Below are positions 38,377 through 47,648 of a DNA stretch of 55,136 bases, one piece after another. The notes beneath the pieces were generated by a model. That model was not told the origin of the DNA. It ran no database searches and saw only the letters and a program-made list of their open reading frames with translations. Position 1 is the first letter of the stretch; each line of letters starts with the position of its first letter. Position numbers and translations under genes: made by a program. Origin of the DNA: a virus (lineage: Duplodnaviria; Caudoviricetes). The stretch lies in IMG/VR virus record IMGVR_UViG_3300020441_000006, positions 1-55,136 of that record. One strand, 5' to 3'.

Positions 38377-38853
38377 ATGCAAAAAAAAACATGCAACAAG
38401 TTTAGTAAACTTAAAATTAACGAATTGTCAGAACAAGAGGTTGTAGAAAATCTTTTCCTTCTTACTCAACAACAAAGAGAAGATAGAAATACTGCCTCTA
38501 AACTCAGGAGTGCCTTACATAGATATGATGGGCAACGCTTGATGGCACGGCTGCAAGACGATGGAGTGGATACCGGAACGAGAACCTTCGATCACGTTGA
38601 TGGTTTCAAAGTTGAAGCCTCACTCACTCCAAAAGTACAATGGGATCAAGAACTGCTTTCTAAAGCATTTGATGATCTACAGCAGAAACACGGAAGTGAT
38701 GCTGCTAAACATTACGCTGATGTAAAATTAAGTGTGAGCGAACGCAATTATAAAAACGCTCCTCCTGAGATTAAAAATATACTTCAAAAAGCACGAACAG
38801 TTGTAGTGCCTGATGAAGCGTCTTTTAAAATCACTGAAAACAAGGGAGAATAA
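38377..38853 (+). CDS. Conserved recombination-module protein
   Basis: K.TGT, KV.WDQ..L, VSE..Y..ART motifs; precedes AAA ATPase. Confidence 0.75.
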   Translation: MQKKTCNKFSKLKINELSEQEVVENLFLLTQQQREDRNTASKLRSALHRYDGQRLMARLQDDGVDTGTRTFDHVDGFKVEASLTPKVQWDQELLSKAFDDLQQKHGSDAAKHYADVKLSVSERNYKNAPPEIKNILQKARTVVVPDEASFKITENKGE

Positions 38854-38854
38854 C

Positions 38855-39694
38855 ATGGAAATAATTTCAGCTAATGAAAGATTAAATGCCGATTATGGTG
38901 CTAAAGTAATGTTACTTGGCGAGCCGGGCATTGGTAAAACAACACAGATACTATCATTAAATCAAGAAAGAACATTGTTCTTAAATATTGAATCTGGTGA
39001 TCTATCTGTTCGTAATTTTAAAGGTAAAACTTTAGAGCCAAGAGATTGGGAAGACTGTAAAGATATTGCAGTTTTATTAGGCGGACCGGATCCAGCTGTG
39101 ACAGTATCAACCATGAGTTATAGTCAAGAACATTATGATAGAGTGGCTGCGAAATATCCAGATTTTGCAAAAGAAATTAAGGATGGTAATTTATATGATA
39201 CTTTATTCGTAGACTCTATCAGCGTAGCATCTCGATTATGTTATAAATGGGCAGAGCAACAACCAGACGCTCAAACAAAAGGTGGCACTATAAACACAAT
39301 GAAAGTTTATGGACAACTTAGAGTTGAGTTAGTGAGTTGGGCTACTCATTTACAACATATAAAAAACAAGAATGTAATCTTTGTAGGCATTCTTGATAAG
39401 AAAAAAGATGAGGCGGACAGAGACTATTATGAAATACAATTAGATGGTACTGCGCGTAACATCATTCCGGGTATTGTTGATGAACAATTATGTTACATCA
39501 CGATACCTGATCCTAATCAAGATCCAAATCAACCTAAACAAATGATAAGAAAATTTGTCTGTAACAGAGACAACATTTGGGATCTACCAGCTAAAGATCG
39601 TTCTGGTAAATTAGAGCTTTTAGAAGAGGCTCACTTAGGCAATGTATTAGTAAAAATAACAGATAATAAACAATATACAAATCAGGAGAGATAA
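38855..39694 (+). CDS. AAA ATPase (AAA_24 / Sak4-like)
   Basis: GEPGIGKT Walker A, LFVDSIS Walker B, AKDRSG; start chosen from SD gggag. Confidence 0.85.
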   Translation: MEIISANERLNADYGAKVMLLGEPGIGKTTQILSLNQERTLFLNIESGDLSVRNFKGKTLEPRDWEDCKDIAVLLGGPDPAVTVSTMSYSQEHYDRVAAKYPDFAKEIKDGNLYDTLFVDSISVASRLCYKWAEQQPDAQTKGGTINTMKVYGQLRVELVSWATHLQHIKNKNVIFVGILDKKKDEADRDYYEIQLDGTARNIIPGIVDEQLCYITIPDPNQDPNQPKQMIRKFVCNRDNIWDLPAKDRSGKLELLEEAHLGNVLVKITDNKQYTNQER

Positions 39695-39695
39695 T

Positions 39696-40430
39696 ATGAA
39701 TATGAATTTAACACAAGTAAACACTGAATCAACTTCAGCATCAACAGAAAGGACTTTAATAGCCGATAAGACTATTGTTCCGGTAAAATTAACATTACAA
39801 GATCCAAGTAAAAATGTTGATGAAGCGGGTATGCCTAGGAAACCTGAGCAAATTGTTCCGAACAATCCTTATGAACATTATTCCTCTCAACAAACAGGTG
39901 ATAACAGAACTCGATATTTAAGAGCAAGATTTGATGTTATCGCCGGACCAAATGAAGGATCTAGTTTTTGGCAAAACTTTACTGTCTTTCATGCAGATCC
40001 TAATAACATAAGTTTAGATATAACAAGAGAAAATTTAAGAGCTTTTGTGTGTTCTAATTATAATATTTCTTGGAAAGATGATTCACCTGAAGCGGGTAAA
40101 TTATTTAATCAAGTGGGTAATGGATGGGATTTTTTAAACGGACTTCATGCTGTTGTTAAAGTAAAATTACAGCCGGGAAATGTAAAGAATGATGGATCTG
40201 GTGATAAGTGGCCTGATAGTAATGAGATATCTTACATACATGCTTTAGATAGAGGTACTGATATTTATTATCAATATGCTCAAGCTTTTGGTGTCATGCA
40301 AGGTCAAGCTGCCCCGACACCTCAACCAGCACAACCGCCTGTTCAAGAGCAAGTAACACAAAATGTTCCTCCAGCTCAACCAGCTCAACCAACATCAGAT
40401 AAACCTGATTGGTGGAAACCACAGGATTAA
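39696..40430 (+). CDS. Putative ssDNA-binding protein (DUF669-like)
   Basis: YL...F.VI.GP..FW, NEI, P/Q-rich tail ending P.W; follows Sak4-like gene. Confidence 0.65.
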   Translation: MNMNLTQVNTESTSASTERTLIADKTIVPVKLTLQDPSKNVDEAGMPRKPEQIVPNNPYEHYSSQQTGDNRTRYLRARFDVIAGPNEGSSFWQNFTVFHADPNNISLDITRENLRAFVCSNYNISWKDDSPEAGKLFNQVGNGWDFLNGLHAVVKVKLQPGNVKNDGSGDKWPDSNEISYIHALDRGTDIYYQYAQAFGVMQGQAAPTPQPAQPPVQEQVTQNVPPAQPAQPTSDKPDWWKPQD

Positions 40431-40699
40431 TGATGGAATTAAGTAAGAGCATGCTTACTAAGATGGGTACTGTTATTAAACTCATGGAAGAACTTCATAA
40501 TGAAATACTTGAGTTTCATGAGATCAACCCTCATCTTTTTAAAGAAAGTCGAGGAAGAAAAAAATTTAGTGACAAAGCTGAAACAATTTTAAAGTTAAAA
40601 TCTGAAGGTTTATCAAATGTTCAGATTGGTAAAGAAGTAAATTGTTCAAATCAATATGTATCTCAAGTCATCCGCAGATCTGCGAATGGCGCAAAGTAA
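40430..40699 (+). CDS. HTH DNA-binding protein
   Basis: GLSNVQIGKEVNCSNQYVSQVI. Confidence 0.75.
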   Translation: MMELSKSMLTKMGTVIKLMEELHNEILEFHEINPHLFKESRGRKKFSDKAETILKLKSEGLSNVQIGKEVNCSNQYVSQVIRRSANGAK

Positions 40700-41249
40700 G
40701 TATCGCAAGAACTCTAAGGGGGGCGCTCCAGGTTATGTTGACACCCTTAACATTAAAGCCTCCCTTAGAAACCTAAATATAACAAGCACGGGGTTAAAGA
40801 GTTGTTCTTCGTGTCATAACATAGGACATCATGGTTTTGGCAAATCAGATGTTTTTAACAAAGATATGAAATGGTTTTGTTGTCCTATGTGTCTCGCAAA
40901 AGAAGGAGTAAAAATGAAATATGATTGGAGGGATAGGCAACCTGATTTCGCCACAGTCGATATGGGCCATTTACCAGATGCATTAAAAGAATGCTTGCCT
41001 CAGGTTTTTAAATTTTTAGAAGAAAAAAATTTGTTAAACAAAACATTACATGAATTTAGTAGAGAAGAAATATTTGATTTAATTTATAATTTACACATGA
41101 TTTTTAAATCTATAGAGCCAGAGGCTTTTATGATTTTTCATAGAGAAGTTATTGATGATTGGTTTTATAAAAAATATGAAAAACCTTTTACCAAAGAAGA
41201 AGAAGAAAAAATTGATGATGAAGAAATTGATGATCCAATACCATTTTAG
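40686..41249 (+). CDS. Zn-binding protein with SSB-like acidic tail
   Basis: CSSC..FCCPMC; ends EIDDPIPF. Confidence 0.65.
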   Translation: MAQSKYRKNSKGGAPGYVDTLNIKASLRNLNITSTGLKSCSSCHNIGHHGFGKSDVFNKDMKWFCCPMCLAKEGVKMKYDWRDRQPDFATVDMGHLPDALKECLPQVFKFLEEKNLLNKTLHEFSREEIFDLIYNLHMIFKSIEPEAFMIFHREVIDDWFYKKYEKPFTKEEEEKIDDEEIDDPIPF

Positions 41250-41258
41250 GAGCTTTAA

Positions 41259-42011
41259 ATGTGGAATCTTTCAACCGTCCCAAATGAGGGAGATGTTTCT
41301 GATCGTATTAACCCCTATGTTAATCACGCATTAGAATTAAAAAACAAAGACGAACCGATCCGAGGGTACATAGGTGGTTCTAATATAGGAACAGCATGTA
41401 CACGAAAATTACAATATCATCTTGAAGGACAACCAAGAGATGAGAATAACCCTTTAAAAGGCGATACATTACGAATTTTTCAAGCCGGGCATACTTATGA
41501 AGAAATGCTTACCTTGTGGTTAAGAAACGGCGGCTTTGACTTAAGAACACATGATAGAAAAGGCAGACAATTTTCTTTTGAAACTGCTGAAGGAAATATA
41601 AAAGGTCATGTCGATGGCATTGTTGCAGGCGGACCTTTAGGAATTAAATATCCCATGTTATGGGAGTGTAAAAGTGCTAACGATAAAAATTTTAAATCGT
41701 TTCAACGCAAAGGTGTAGCACGACATAATGTTTTATATCATTCACAAATTGTTGTTTATCAATACTATATGAACTTGATGGAACACCCGGCATTGTTTTC
41801 CGTGGTAAATAAAAACACGCAAGAATTATATCATGAGTTAGTTCCTTTTGATTCTAAACTTGCGCAAGAATGTATTGATAAGGCTGTATCAGTAATAAAA
41901 GCGACAAAAGCAAAAGAGAGGCTTCCCCGCATTGCATTTGAGAGGGATCACTTTTCTTGTAGGTTCTGTGATTTTCAAACGCATTGTTGGGAGACGGAAA
42001 GTGAACTTTGA
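41259..42011 (+). CDS. Cas4-like PD-(D/E)XK exonuclease
   Basis: S.IG..C.R, GHVDG, WECKS, Q...Y, C..C.F...C Fe-S cysteines. Confidence 0.88.
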   Translation: MWNLSTVPNEGDVSDRINPYVNHALELKNKDEPIRGYIGGSNIGTACTRKLQYHLEGQPRDENNPLKGDTLRIFQAGHTYEEMLTLWLRNGGFDLRTHDRKGRQFSFETAEGNIKGHVDGIVAGGPLGIKYPMLWECKSANDKNFKSFQRKGVARHNVLYHSQIVVYQYYMNLMEHPALFSVVNKNTQELYHELVPFDSKLAQECIDKAVSVIKATKAKERLPRIAFERDHFSCRFCDFQTHCWETESEL

Positions 42012-44088
42012 TTTACGACATGTAAAGACTACTGCTGAAGCACCGCCTCAACAAGACTTTGATTTAGATAAATTTAAATCCGATTGTCAGTCGAGATTAC
42101 CCCACATACTTCAACATCTTTTACCTAATGGTAAGATTAGGGGAGAGGAATTTGTGTGTGGGGATTTACATGGTGGCCCCGGAGATTCTTGTTCGTTTAG
42201 TTTAAATAAAAACACGCCTGGATTAGGCGGAGAGTTTAACGGCGGCAAAATGTTCGGAGACTTCATAGATCTATGGCAACATGTAAAGAATTGTGATTTC
42301 CAAGATGCGGTAAAAGATATTGGAGATTACATAAGTGTACAGACATCGCGCAAGCCGGTGCAAAGCGTGGCGCCAGCCACGCGCGAGGTCGTGAGTTCTA
42401 AAAAGCATATATATAAAGATGAGAATAATGAAATCATCTGTTATGTAATGCGAAAAGAATTTAAGGGTGGAGATAAGACATTTTATCCTGTGCTTCCTTC
42501 TGGAGAGAAAAAGTTCCCACAAGTTCGTCCATTATATAATCGCGAGAACATTGCAACATGTTCTACTGAAGATATGATTGTATTAGTGGAGGGAGAAAAG
42601 TGTGTGGACGCTCTTAGGGAAGTTGGTATTACAGCTACTACAGCTATGGCTGGATCGAATGCACCTGTTTCCAAGACCGATTGGTCCCCCTTAGATGGGC
42701 GTAATGTTGTTATATGGCCAGACAATGATGAGTCTGGTTTGAAATATAGCACTGCCGCAGCATCGCATCTTTTAACTTTGTGTAATACTGTTCGGGTTTT
42801 ACAACCGGAGCAAGGAAAGCCAAAAGGATGGGACGCAGCAGACGCTATCGCTGAAGGATTCGATATTGAGTCCTTTCTTTATAAGAAAGATACCGATGTA
42901 AAGATTATCAATCTTCTCGATGATAGTCTATCGGTTTCTCAATATAAGGAAGGTCAAGCTCCTCAATTTGAATACCTTCTGGATAACACATTACCCCGAG
43001 GTGTCGCTGGCGTCATCGCTGCCGCCGGCGATACCGGTAAAGGTATGTTAACTTTAGATTTAGGATTAAAGCTTGCCTATGGTAAAGTTGGATATGATAC
43101 AGCTTTCGATGCAACGCTGAGACAAAATGGATCTGTGGTTATGTTAACGGCTGAGGACGAAGCTGCGGAGATCCATAGAAGAATAGAGGGTGTTGATTTT
43201 AACGGAAGACGATTTTCTGAAACGGGATATGATTTAAAAATATTACCCTTTCCTAACTATGGTGGAGTAAGACCAATTATTATTCCAACACGAAAAGGAT
43301 TTGAAGCCACGGAAGAGTGGGAAGAGATTATAGCACAAATAAAGAAGATTGACGATTTAGTTCTTGTAGTCATAGATCCATTAGCATCATTTGTATATGT
43401 CGATATTAATGCGGATCCAGCAGCCGGGGCATTTGTTACGGGACACTTCGCAAGACTTGCAGCCGAAACGAACGCCACATGGCTCTTGGTGCATCATATG
43501 GCAAAAATGGATATGAAGAACCCGGTAACAACACCTGAGCATGCACGAAACTTAATTCGTGGTACTTCAGCTATTGTAGATGGTCTTCGATTTGCATTTG
43601 CATTATGGACTCCACCAGAAAGCGAAATGAAACATTTATGTAAAATGCTCCGGATAGATTTTAAAAGAAATAAAATTGTTAATGGTGCTGTTGTGAAGAG
43701 TAATGGACCAGCCGATAGAGAGATCCGAACATTTGTCAGAAACTCGCATAGCGGATTACTTGAAGGGCGTAGTTCAGATCTTCAACTTGCACGTCGTGGT
43801 AGAGATTATGAATTAGATGAATTAATTCTATGTGTTAAACAAGCTGCATTAGAGGGCAAACCTTTCACACAAACAGGTAAAGCCAATGGCATTGGTCATC
43901 ATAAAGAAAGACTAACACCAGAACTACAAGAGAAAGGTATAAACCATTTAGAAAAAATGGTGCAAACTTTAATTGATCAAGACAAGATTGTAAAAGCATC
44001 AGCGCCCGGAATGAAACCGCGTGTCTGGTTAGATGTTCCTGACGGACCTTTTGCAACGGGACTTGGAGAATTTGAGCCGGGATCGTAA
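42001..44088 (+). CDS. Primase-helicase (Toprim + RepA/AAA_25 helicase)
   Basis: VEGEK, WPDND, GWDAAD Toprim; GDTGKG, AED, VIDP, LVHH, RGTSA helicase motifs; GTG start assumed. Confidence 0.9.
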   Translation: MNFDLRHVKTTAEAPPQQDFDLDKFKSDCQSRLPHILQHLLPNGKIRGEEFVCGDLHGGPGDSCSFSLNKNTPGLGGEFNGGKMFGDFIDLWQHVKNCDFQDAVKDIGDYISVQTSRKPVQSVAPATREVVSSKKHIYKDENNEIICYVMRKEFKGGDKTFYPVLPSGEKKFPQVRPLYNRENIATCSTEDMIVLVEGEKCVDALREVGITATTAMAGSNAPVSKTDWSPLDGRNVVIWPDNDESGLKYSTAAASHLLTLCNTVRVLQPEQGKPKGWDAADAIAEGFDIESFLYKKDTDVKIINLLDDSLSVSQYKEGQAPQFEYLLDNTLPRGVAGVIAAAGDTGKGMLTLDLGLKLAYGKVGYDTAFDATLRQNGSVVMLTAEDEAAEIHRRIEGVDFNGRRFSETGYDLKILPFPNYGGVRPIIIPTRKGFEATEEWEEIIAQIKKIDDLVLVVIDPLASFVYVDINADPAAGAFVTGHFARLAAETNATWLLVHHMAKMDMKNPVTTPEHARNLIRGTSAIVDGLRFAFALWTPPESEMKHLCKMLRIDFKRNKIVNGAVVKSNGPADREIRTFVRNSHSGLLEGRSSDLQLARRGRDYELDELILCVKQAALEGKPFTQTGKANGIGHHKERLTPELQEKGINHLEKMVQTLIDQDKIVKASAPGMKPRVWLDVPDGPFATGLGEFEPGS

Positions 44089-44089
44089 T

Positions 44090-44335
44090 ATGAATGTAAA
44101 ATATATCATAACAATTGAAATAGAGATGAAAGAAAAAACTCCTGATTGGAGTAAATGGAAAGATGTAGAAATTATTGGTATGGATCCTCCGAAGATTTTT
44201 AACATTAAGAGTTTTAATATTACTCATTTAGTTAAAAATTTAGAAAGAATATGTAAAAAATACTTAATGAAGGGAGATAAGGCCGAATTTAATGTAGATG
44301 TAACCGAAATTAGCCTAAAAGACGATTTAAACTGA
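44090..44335 (+). CDS. Hypothetical protein
   Basis: ORF directly after primase. Confidence 0.6.
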   Translation: MNVKYIITIEIEMKEKTPDWSKWKDVEIIGMDPPKIFNIKSFNITHLVKNLERICKKYLMKGDKAEFNVDVTEISLKDDLN

Positions 44336-44405
44336 TTACAGACGATTTAGGTGTTTTGGGACTTGTAGTATATACTAACTGCTTAAAACGAAAGAGAAGC
44401 GATTT

Positions 44406-44690
44406 ATGGAAGAAAATTTATTAAAATGGGATGGTTTCAATTCAGCAATCATCGGTATAGGTGAAAGATCCGGGTTCCCGGATGTTATTGTCTATGATTA
44501 TTATAGAATGGTCGGAATCTACATGGAAGACAGAGGAGCAAGTCAAGAAGAGGCGGAAGATTTTATCGACATCAATATTGTCGGTCACAATATAGGAGAG
44601 CGTACTCCTATTATTATTAAAACCGGTCCAGAGGGAATAGATCACCCGGAAGATACGCAGCTGGACATTAACTTTGAAATGGAGAATTAA
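44406..44690 (+). CDS. Conserved phage hypothetical protein
   Basis: DGF..AIIG..VYDY..EEA..NI.G..GE.TP. Confidence 0.8.
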   Translation: MEENLLKWDGFNSAIIGIGERSGFPDVIVYDYYRMVGIYMEDRGASQEEAEDFIDINIVGHNIGERTPIIIKTGPEGIDHPEDTQLDINFEMEN

Positions 44691-44915
44691 ATGAACATTG
44701 TTTATACAATACGAAATTTTTTATGTTTCCGCTGGTTATGGAAAGAGAGTAAAGATACAAAAATTTTAAAAAGCGTCATGCATAATTGGGATCTGTTTGG
44801 TGACAAGATGGAATTGAGCTTACCTGAATTTGCAAAACGCATGGAGGCTCTGAGGATCCAATATTATGGCAAGCCACGCGACATACCGCATGAATTTGAC
44901 GATGATGTAAACTAA
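44691..44915 (+). CDS. Hypothetical protein
   Basis: SD ggag, abutting ORF. Confidence 0.6.
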   Translation: MNIVYTIRNFLCFRWLWKESKDTKILKSVMHNWDLFGDKMELSLPEFAKRMEALRIQYYGKPRDIPHEFDDDVN

Positions 44916-44939
44916 GCAAACTAGACATCTTTCTCAAAT

Positions 44940-45428
44940 GTGTGTAGTTTTGCATGGGTGAGTAAGAAGAGAAAAACGAACCAAAAACAATTGGGCCGCA
45001 TGGGCGAATTGTTGGCTGCCCTAGAGCTAGAGGGAATGGGGTACGAAACCTCCCTTGTAGACGCCCCCGGCTACGACCTGATTGTCAATTACAATGACAG
45101 ACCATTACGGATCCAAGTAAAGAGCGGCCATCCTTTTGCGAAGAACGCAACATCAAAAACAAAACGCTATACATATCAAACGAATGTGGGTGCGGAAAAG
45201 CGCCCGCTAGGGCGCGCGAGTGCGGATATATTATGTGTAGTAGCATCAGATCTTAGAAAATGTTTGTTTATAATCGTTCCAAAGAAGGGATTTGCTACAA
45301 GCTTAAAGATGTATCCATCTGCTTTTGCAGAAGATAATGTAATGCAAGAGTCTTGGGAAAAGTGTTTAAAAAAATTGGCCCCTAGTAGAGAGGAAACTAG
45401 GGACCGTTGTGGCTGCAATCGTGGTTAG
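44940..45428 (+). CDS. PD-(D/E)XK endonuclease (I-Ssp6803I/PDDEXK_5-like)
   Basis: G..GE, YDLIV, RIQVKS; start uncertain. Confidence 0.75.
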   Translation: MCSFAWVSKKRKTNQKQLGRMGELLAALELEGMGYETSLVDAPGYDLIVNYNDRPLRIQVKSGHPFAKNATSKTKRYTYQTNVGAEKRPLGRASADILCVVASDLRKCLFIIVPKKGFATSLKMYPSAFAEDNVMQESWEKCLKKLAPSREETRDRCGCNRG

Positions 45429-45484
45429 GTTTAATGTTATTTAAAGGGAGTTAAAAAACATTAGATGAGTCCTTCGTCCACTTA
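45368..45484 (-). ncRNA. Candidate sRNA or structured 3' UTR with CUCCCU loop and terminator
   Basis: 12/13-bp stem 45432-45463 with loop CTCCCT; terminator stem 45377-45405 plus U tract. Confidence 0.45.
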
Positions 45485-45515
45485 ATACTAGATGTAGTTT
45501 AATACGCAGTGTTCG

Positions 45516-45596
45516 TCAAGATGTTGATTGTGCAATAATGCTTAAAAATGTCGCAATACCTAGCATCATAACTAAATAAAATTCAAGAAATGTCAT
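45516..45596 (-). CDS. 26-aa single-TM peptide
   Basis: SD aaggagg; MTFLEFYLVMMLGIATFLSIIAQSTS. Confidence 0.55.
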   Translation of the reverse strand: MTFLEFYLVMMLGIATFLSIIAQSTS

Positions 45597-45701
45597 ATTC
45601 GCCCTCCTTTTCTGTTTCAATAGCTCTCTTCTTCCTTGTGCCGCAAGTTATAGAATAATCTACAGACAGAAGGCTGACCTCCACTCCAACATTGGATAAA
45701 T

Positions 45702-45726
45702 GAAAAAGTGCGGATATAAACGCACT
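45702..45726 (-). terminator. Rho-independent terminator
   Basis: AGTGCG/CGCACT stem followed by T run on minus strand. Confidence 0.55.
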
Positions 45727-45796
45727 CAATATGTTAATCCTAAGTGAGCGATAGTGTAATTTACTCGAAAAGAGCCTTCCTCAAAATAACCTCCTA

Positions 45797-46087
45797 TTAT
45801 CTTTTAGAGGGAACGAAGGCTTCAAAAGATGAGAAAACGGCGTGTGCTATCTTCTTGGCTGTATCAAAATTATCAAAACTTAACTGTACCTTGTTAGCCT
45901 TGCCGCTTTCTATCTCCAGAGTGGTTGGTAAAGAATGATAAAACCTCATTGTATCTTCTTTTGCCGGTATTATAACCGTTACCTTTATTTGTCCTGCCTC
46001 CTTGGTCCATTGTAATCCGTCTTTTACCTGGTCTTCAATGTAACCTAGTTCCTCTAATGTTTTGTGTACTTGCGTACTCATATGCAT
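45797..46087 (-). CDS. Hypothetical protein
   Basis: SD gagg, 96 aa. Confidence 0.7.
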   Translation of the reverse strand: MHMSTQVHKTLEELGYIEDQVKDGLQWTKEAGQIKVTVIIPAKEDTMRFYHSLPTTLEIESGKANKVQLSFDNFDTAKKIAHAVFSSFEAFVPSKR

Positions 46088-46124
46088 AATTTCCTCACTT
46101 TTTTTTGTAATTTCTATATTGACT

Positions 46125-46256
46125 TTAACTTTTTTTTCCTTTATTCGCGCGCGATGTAGAAGACATAGAAACGGCTATTTTCCAAGATTCAATAGTTCTT
46201 TTATTACATCTTGGACACGAATTAGTTTGTAATTTTTTACATAAATCACAGGCCAT
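46125..46256 (-). CDS. Small Zn-finger peptide (43 aa)
   Basis: Not in ORF track; MACDLC..CPRC. Confidence 0.5.
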   Translation of the reverse strand: MACDLCKKLQTNSCPRCNKRTIESWKIAVSMSSTSRANKGKKS

Positions 46257-46262
46257 ATCTAA

Positions 46263-46529
46263 TTAATATTTAATAGTGTATTTTAAAAGAGCTGCATCAT
46301 TCATTGGTTTTGACATATTCTGCAATTCTTTTTCTTGCTTTCTTCTTTCATTAGCTTGCTCTCTTCTTTCATTAGCAACGACTAAAGCATCCCCGGCCTG
46401 ATTAATTAATTGAATTAAAATATCAAGATCCATAGGAATTTTTATACAATCTTTATTAGCATTACTAACTATTAAATATTCGCTATTAATGCTGACAAAT
46501 TTCATTTCATCCATACCTTCAAGATCCAT
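46263..46529 (-). CDS. Hypothetical protein
   Basis: SD ggagg before MDLEG. Confidence 0.65.
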   Translation of the reverse strand: MDLEGMDEMKFVSINSEYLIVSNANKDCIKIPMDLDILIQLINQAGDALVVANERREQANERRKQEKELQNMSKPMNDAALLKYTIKY

Positions 46530-46677
46530 CGTATTCCTCCTCTGCAATTTGATTCTCTACAAAAGATTCAGCATCTTCAAGTGTAGCTTTAGGGTTTTTC
46601 TTTCTGTATTCTTCCACACGCCTATCAAACTGTATTTGCTGTTGTTCGATTACCCAATCTGTAAATTTAACGCTCAT
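46519..46677 (-). CDS. Hypothetical protein (52 aa)
   Basis: Not in ORF track; SD gggag, overlaps both neighbours. Confidence 0.6.
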   Translation of the reverse strand: MSVKFTDWVIEQQQIQFDRRVEEYRKKNPKATLEDAESFVENQIAEEEYDGS

Positions 46678-46861
46678 TTCTTCTCTCCCTTACTTCTAAA
46701 AATATAACCAATGACACTAATATCAACATAAACCAAAAGACTGTTTCAATGACAAACCAATTATAATTATAAATAAATTCATCATATGACTCGGCTATTT
46801 GTTCCTCATCTACAGTAAAATTATTAAGTTTATTTATTAGAGAATGTATCCACTCTATCAC
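46667..46861 (-). CDS. Small membrane protein
   Basis: One TM near C-terminus. Confidence 0.6.
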   Translation of the reverse strand: MIEWIHSLINKLNNFTVDEEQIAESYDEFIYNYNWFVIETVFWFMLILVSLVIFLEVRERRNER

Positions 46862-47105
46862 AGCCCGGCTCCTCTACATATAATGATATTGGATCCCCAT
46901 CACTATTGTATCCAGGACCAATATAAACCGGGACACAATCTTTCTCTTCTTCTTCTTCCTCTTCAGCAGCCAATAAAATAAGGTTAGATGCAACTACCCA
47001 CATCGCTATCTTTTCCCATGACTGAGCGCGAGCATTACTAGATAAAATAATTATCATACTAAAAAAGATTAGTGCGATAATGCTTTTCCACCACCAATCA
47101 TTCAT
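46830..47105 (-). CDS. Small exported/membrane protein with poly-Glu
   Basis: SD ggagg before MNDWWW; signal-like segment ending ARA; two Cys. Confidence 0.6.
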   Translation of the reverse strand: MNDWWWKSIIALIFFSMIIILSSNARAQSWEKIAMWVVASNLILLAAEEEEEEEKDCVPVYIGPGYNSDGDPISLYVEEPGCDRVDTFSNK

Positions 47106-47280
47106 GATTTTCTTCCTCCAAAAACTGCACACACGCTTGTATTTTCTCGTTTTTTTCTCGTGCTGCTTTAACATCTCCTATAACAATAATAAATGCCATA
47201 ACAATAAGACCAACAAAATACATGCTTAATTTTTCATACCATGTAAATAACGGTTCTCTTTTCATTTTTATTTCCCCCAT
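47098..47280 (-). CDS. Small membrane protein
   Basis: One TM; in gene run. Confidence 0.6.
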   Translation of the reverse strand: MGEIKMKREPLFTWYEKLSMYFVGLIVMAFIIVIGDVKAAREKNEKIQACVQFLEEENHE

Positions 47281-47648
47281 ACTTTTGTTTTTTTTCCACC
47301 CTCATATTCAACAGCGTGGCCCTCACTGATAAGGAGCTGACAAATGTCCTGACCATCTTCTGTATATGGTATCGCTAATATTCTGCCATACTTTCCCACG
47401 CCTAATGATTTAATTTTTAATTTTTTGGCGCATAACTCTTTTAAGCGTGCGGACGCTTTTTTACCTAATGCCTTTTCAACTAAATTTCTGGTTCGCGATT
47501 CTGGTGTATCAATACCAGCTAAACGACATCTTTGTTTATGCAGTTTAACATTAAAACCAAGATCAAGAGTAACATCGATAGTGTCACCATCGACTACCCT
47601 TTCTAATTCAGCATGATATACAAATGTCTCAACTTTTTCTTTTTTCAT
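47268..47648 (-). CDS. Thermonuclease (SNase-like)
   Basis: RVVDGDT, RLAGIDTPE, KYGRIL. Confidence 0.92.
   Translation of the reverse strand: MKKEKVETFVYHAELERVVDGDTIDVTLDLGFNVKLHKQRCRLAGIDTPESRTRNLVEKALGKKASARLKELCAKKLKIKSLGVGKYGRILAIPYTEDGQDICQLLISEGHAVEYEGGKKTKVWGK

Noticed and set aside
41259-42011. Cas4-like gene as evidence of a CRISPR-Cas system
   Set aside because: No cas1/cas2 or repeat-spacer array; solo Cas4-like nucleases are common in phage recombination modules
45462-45482. Hammerhead ribozyme (GATGAGTCC...)
   Set aside because: Lacks the CUGA start and a same-strand stem II followed by GAAA
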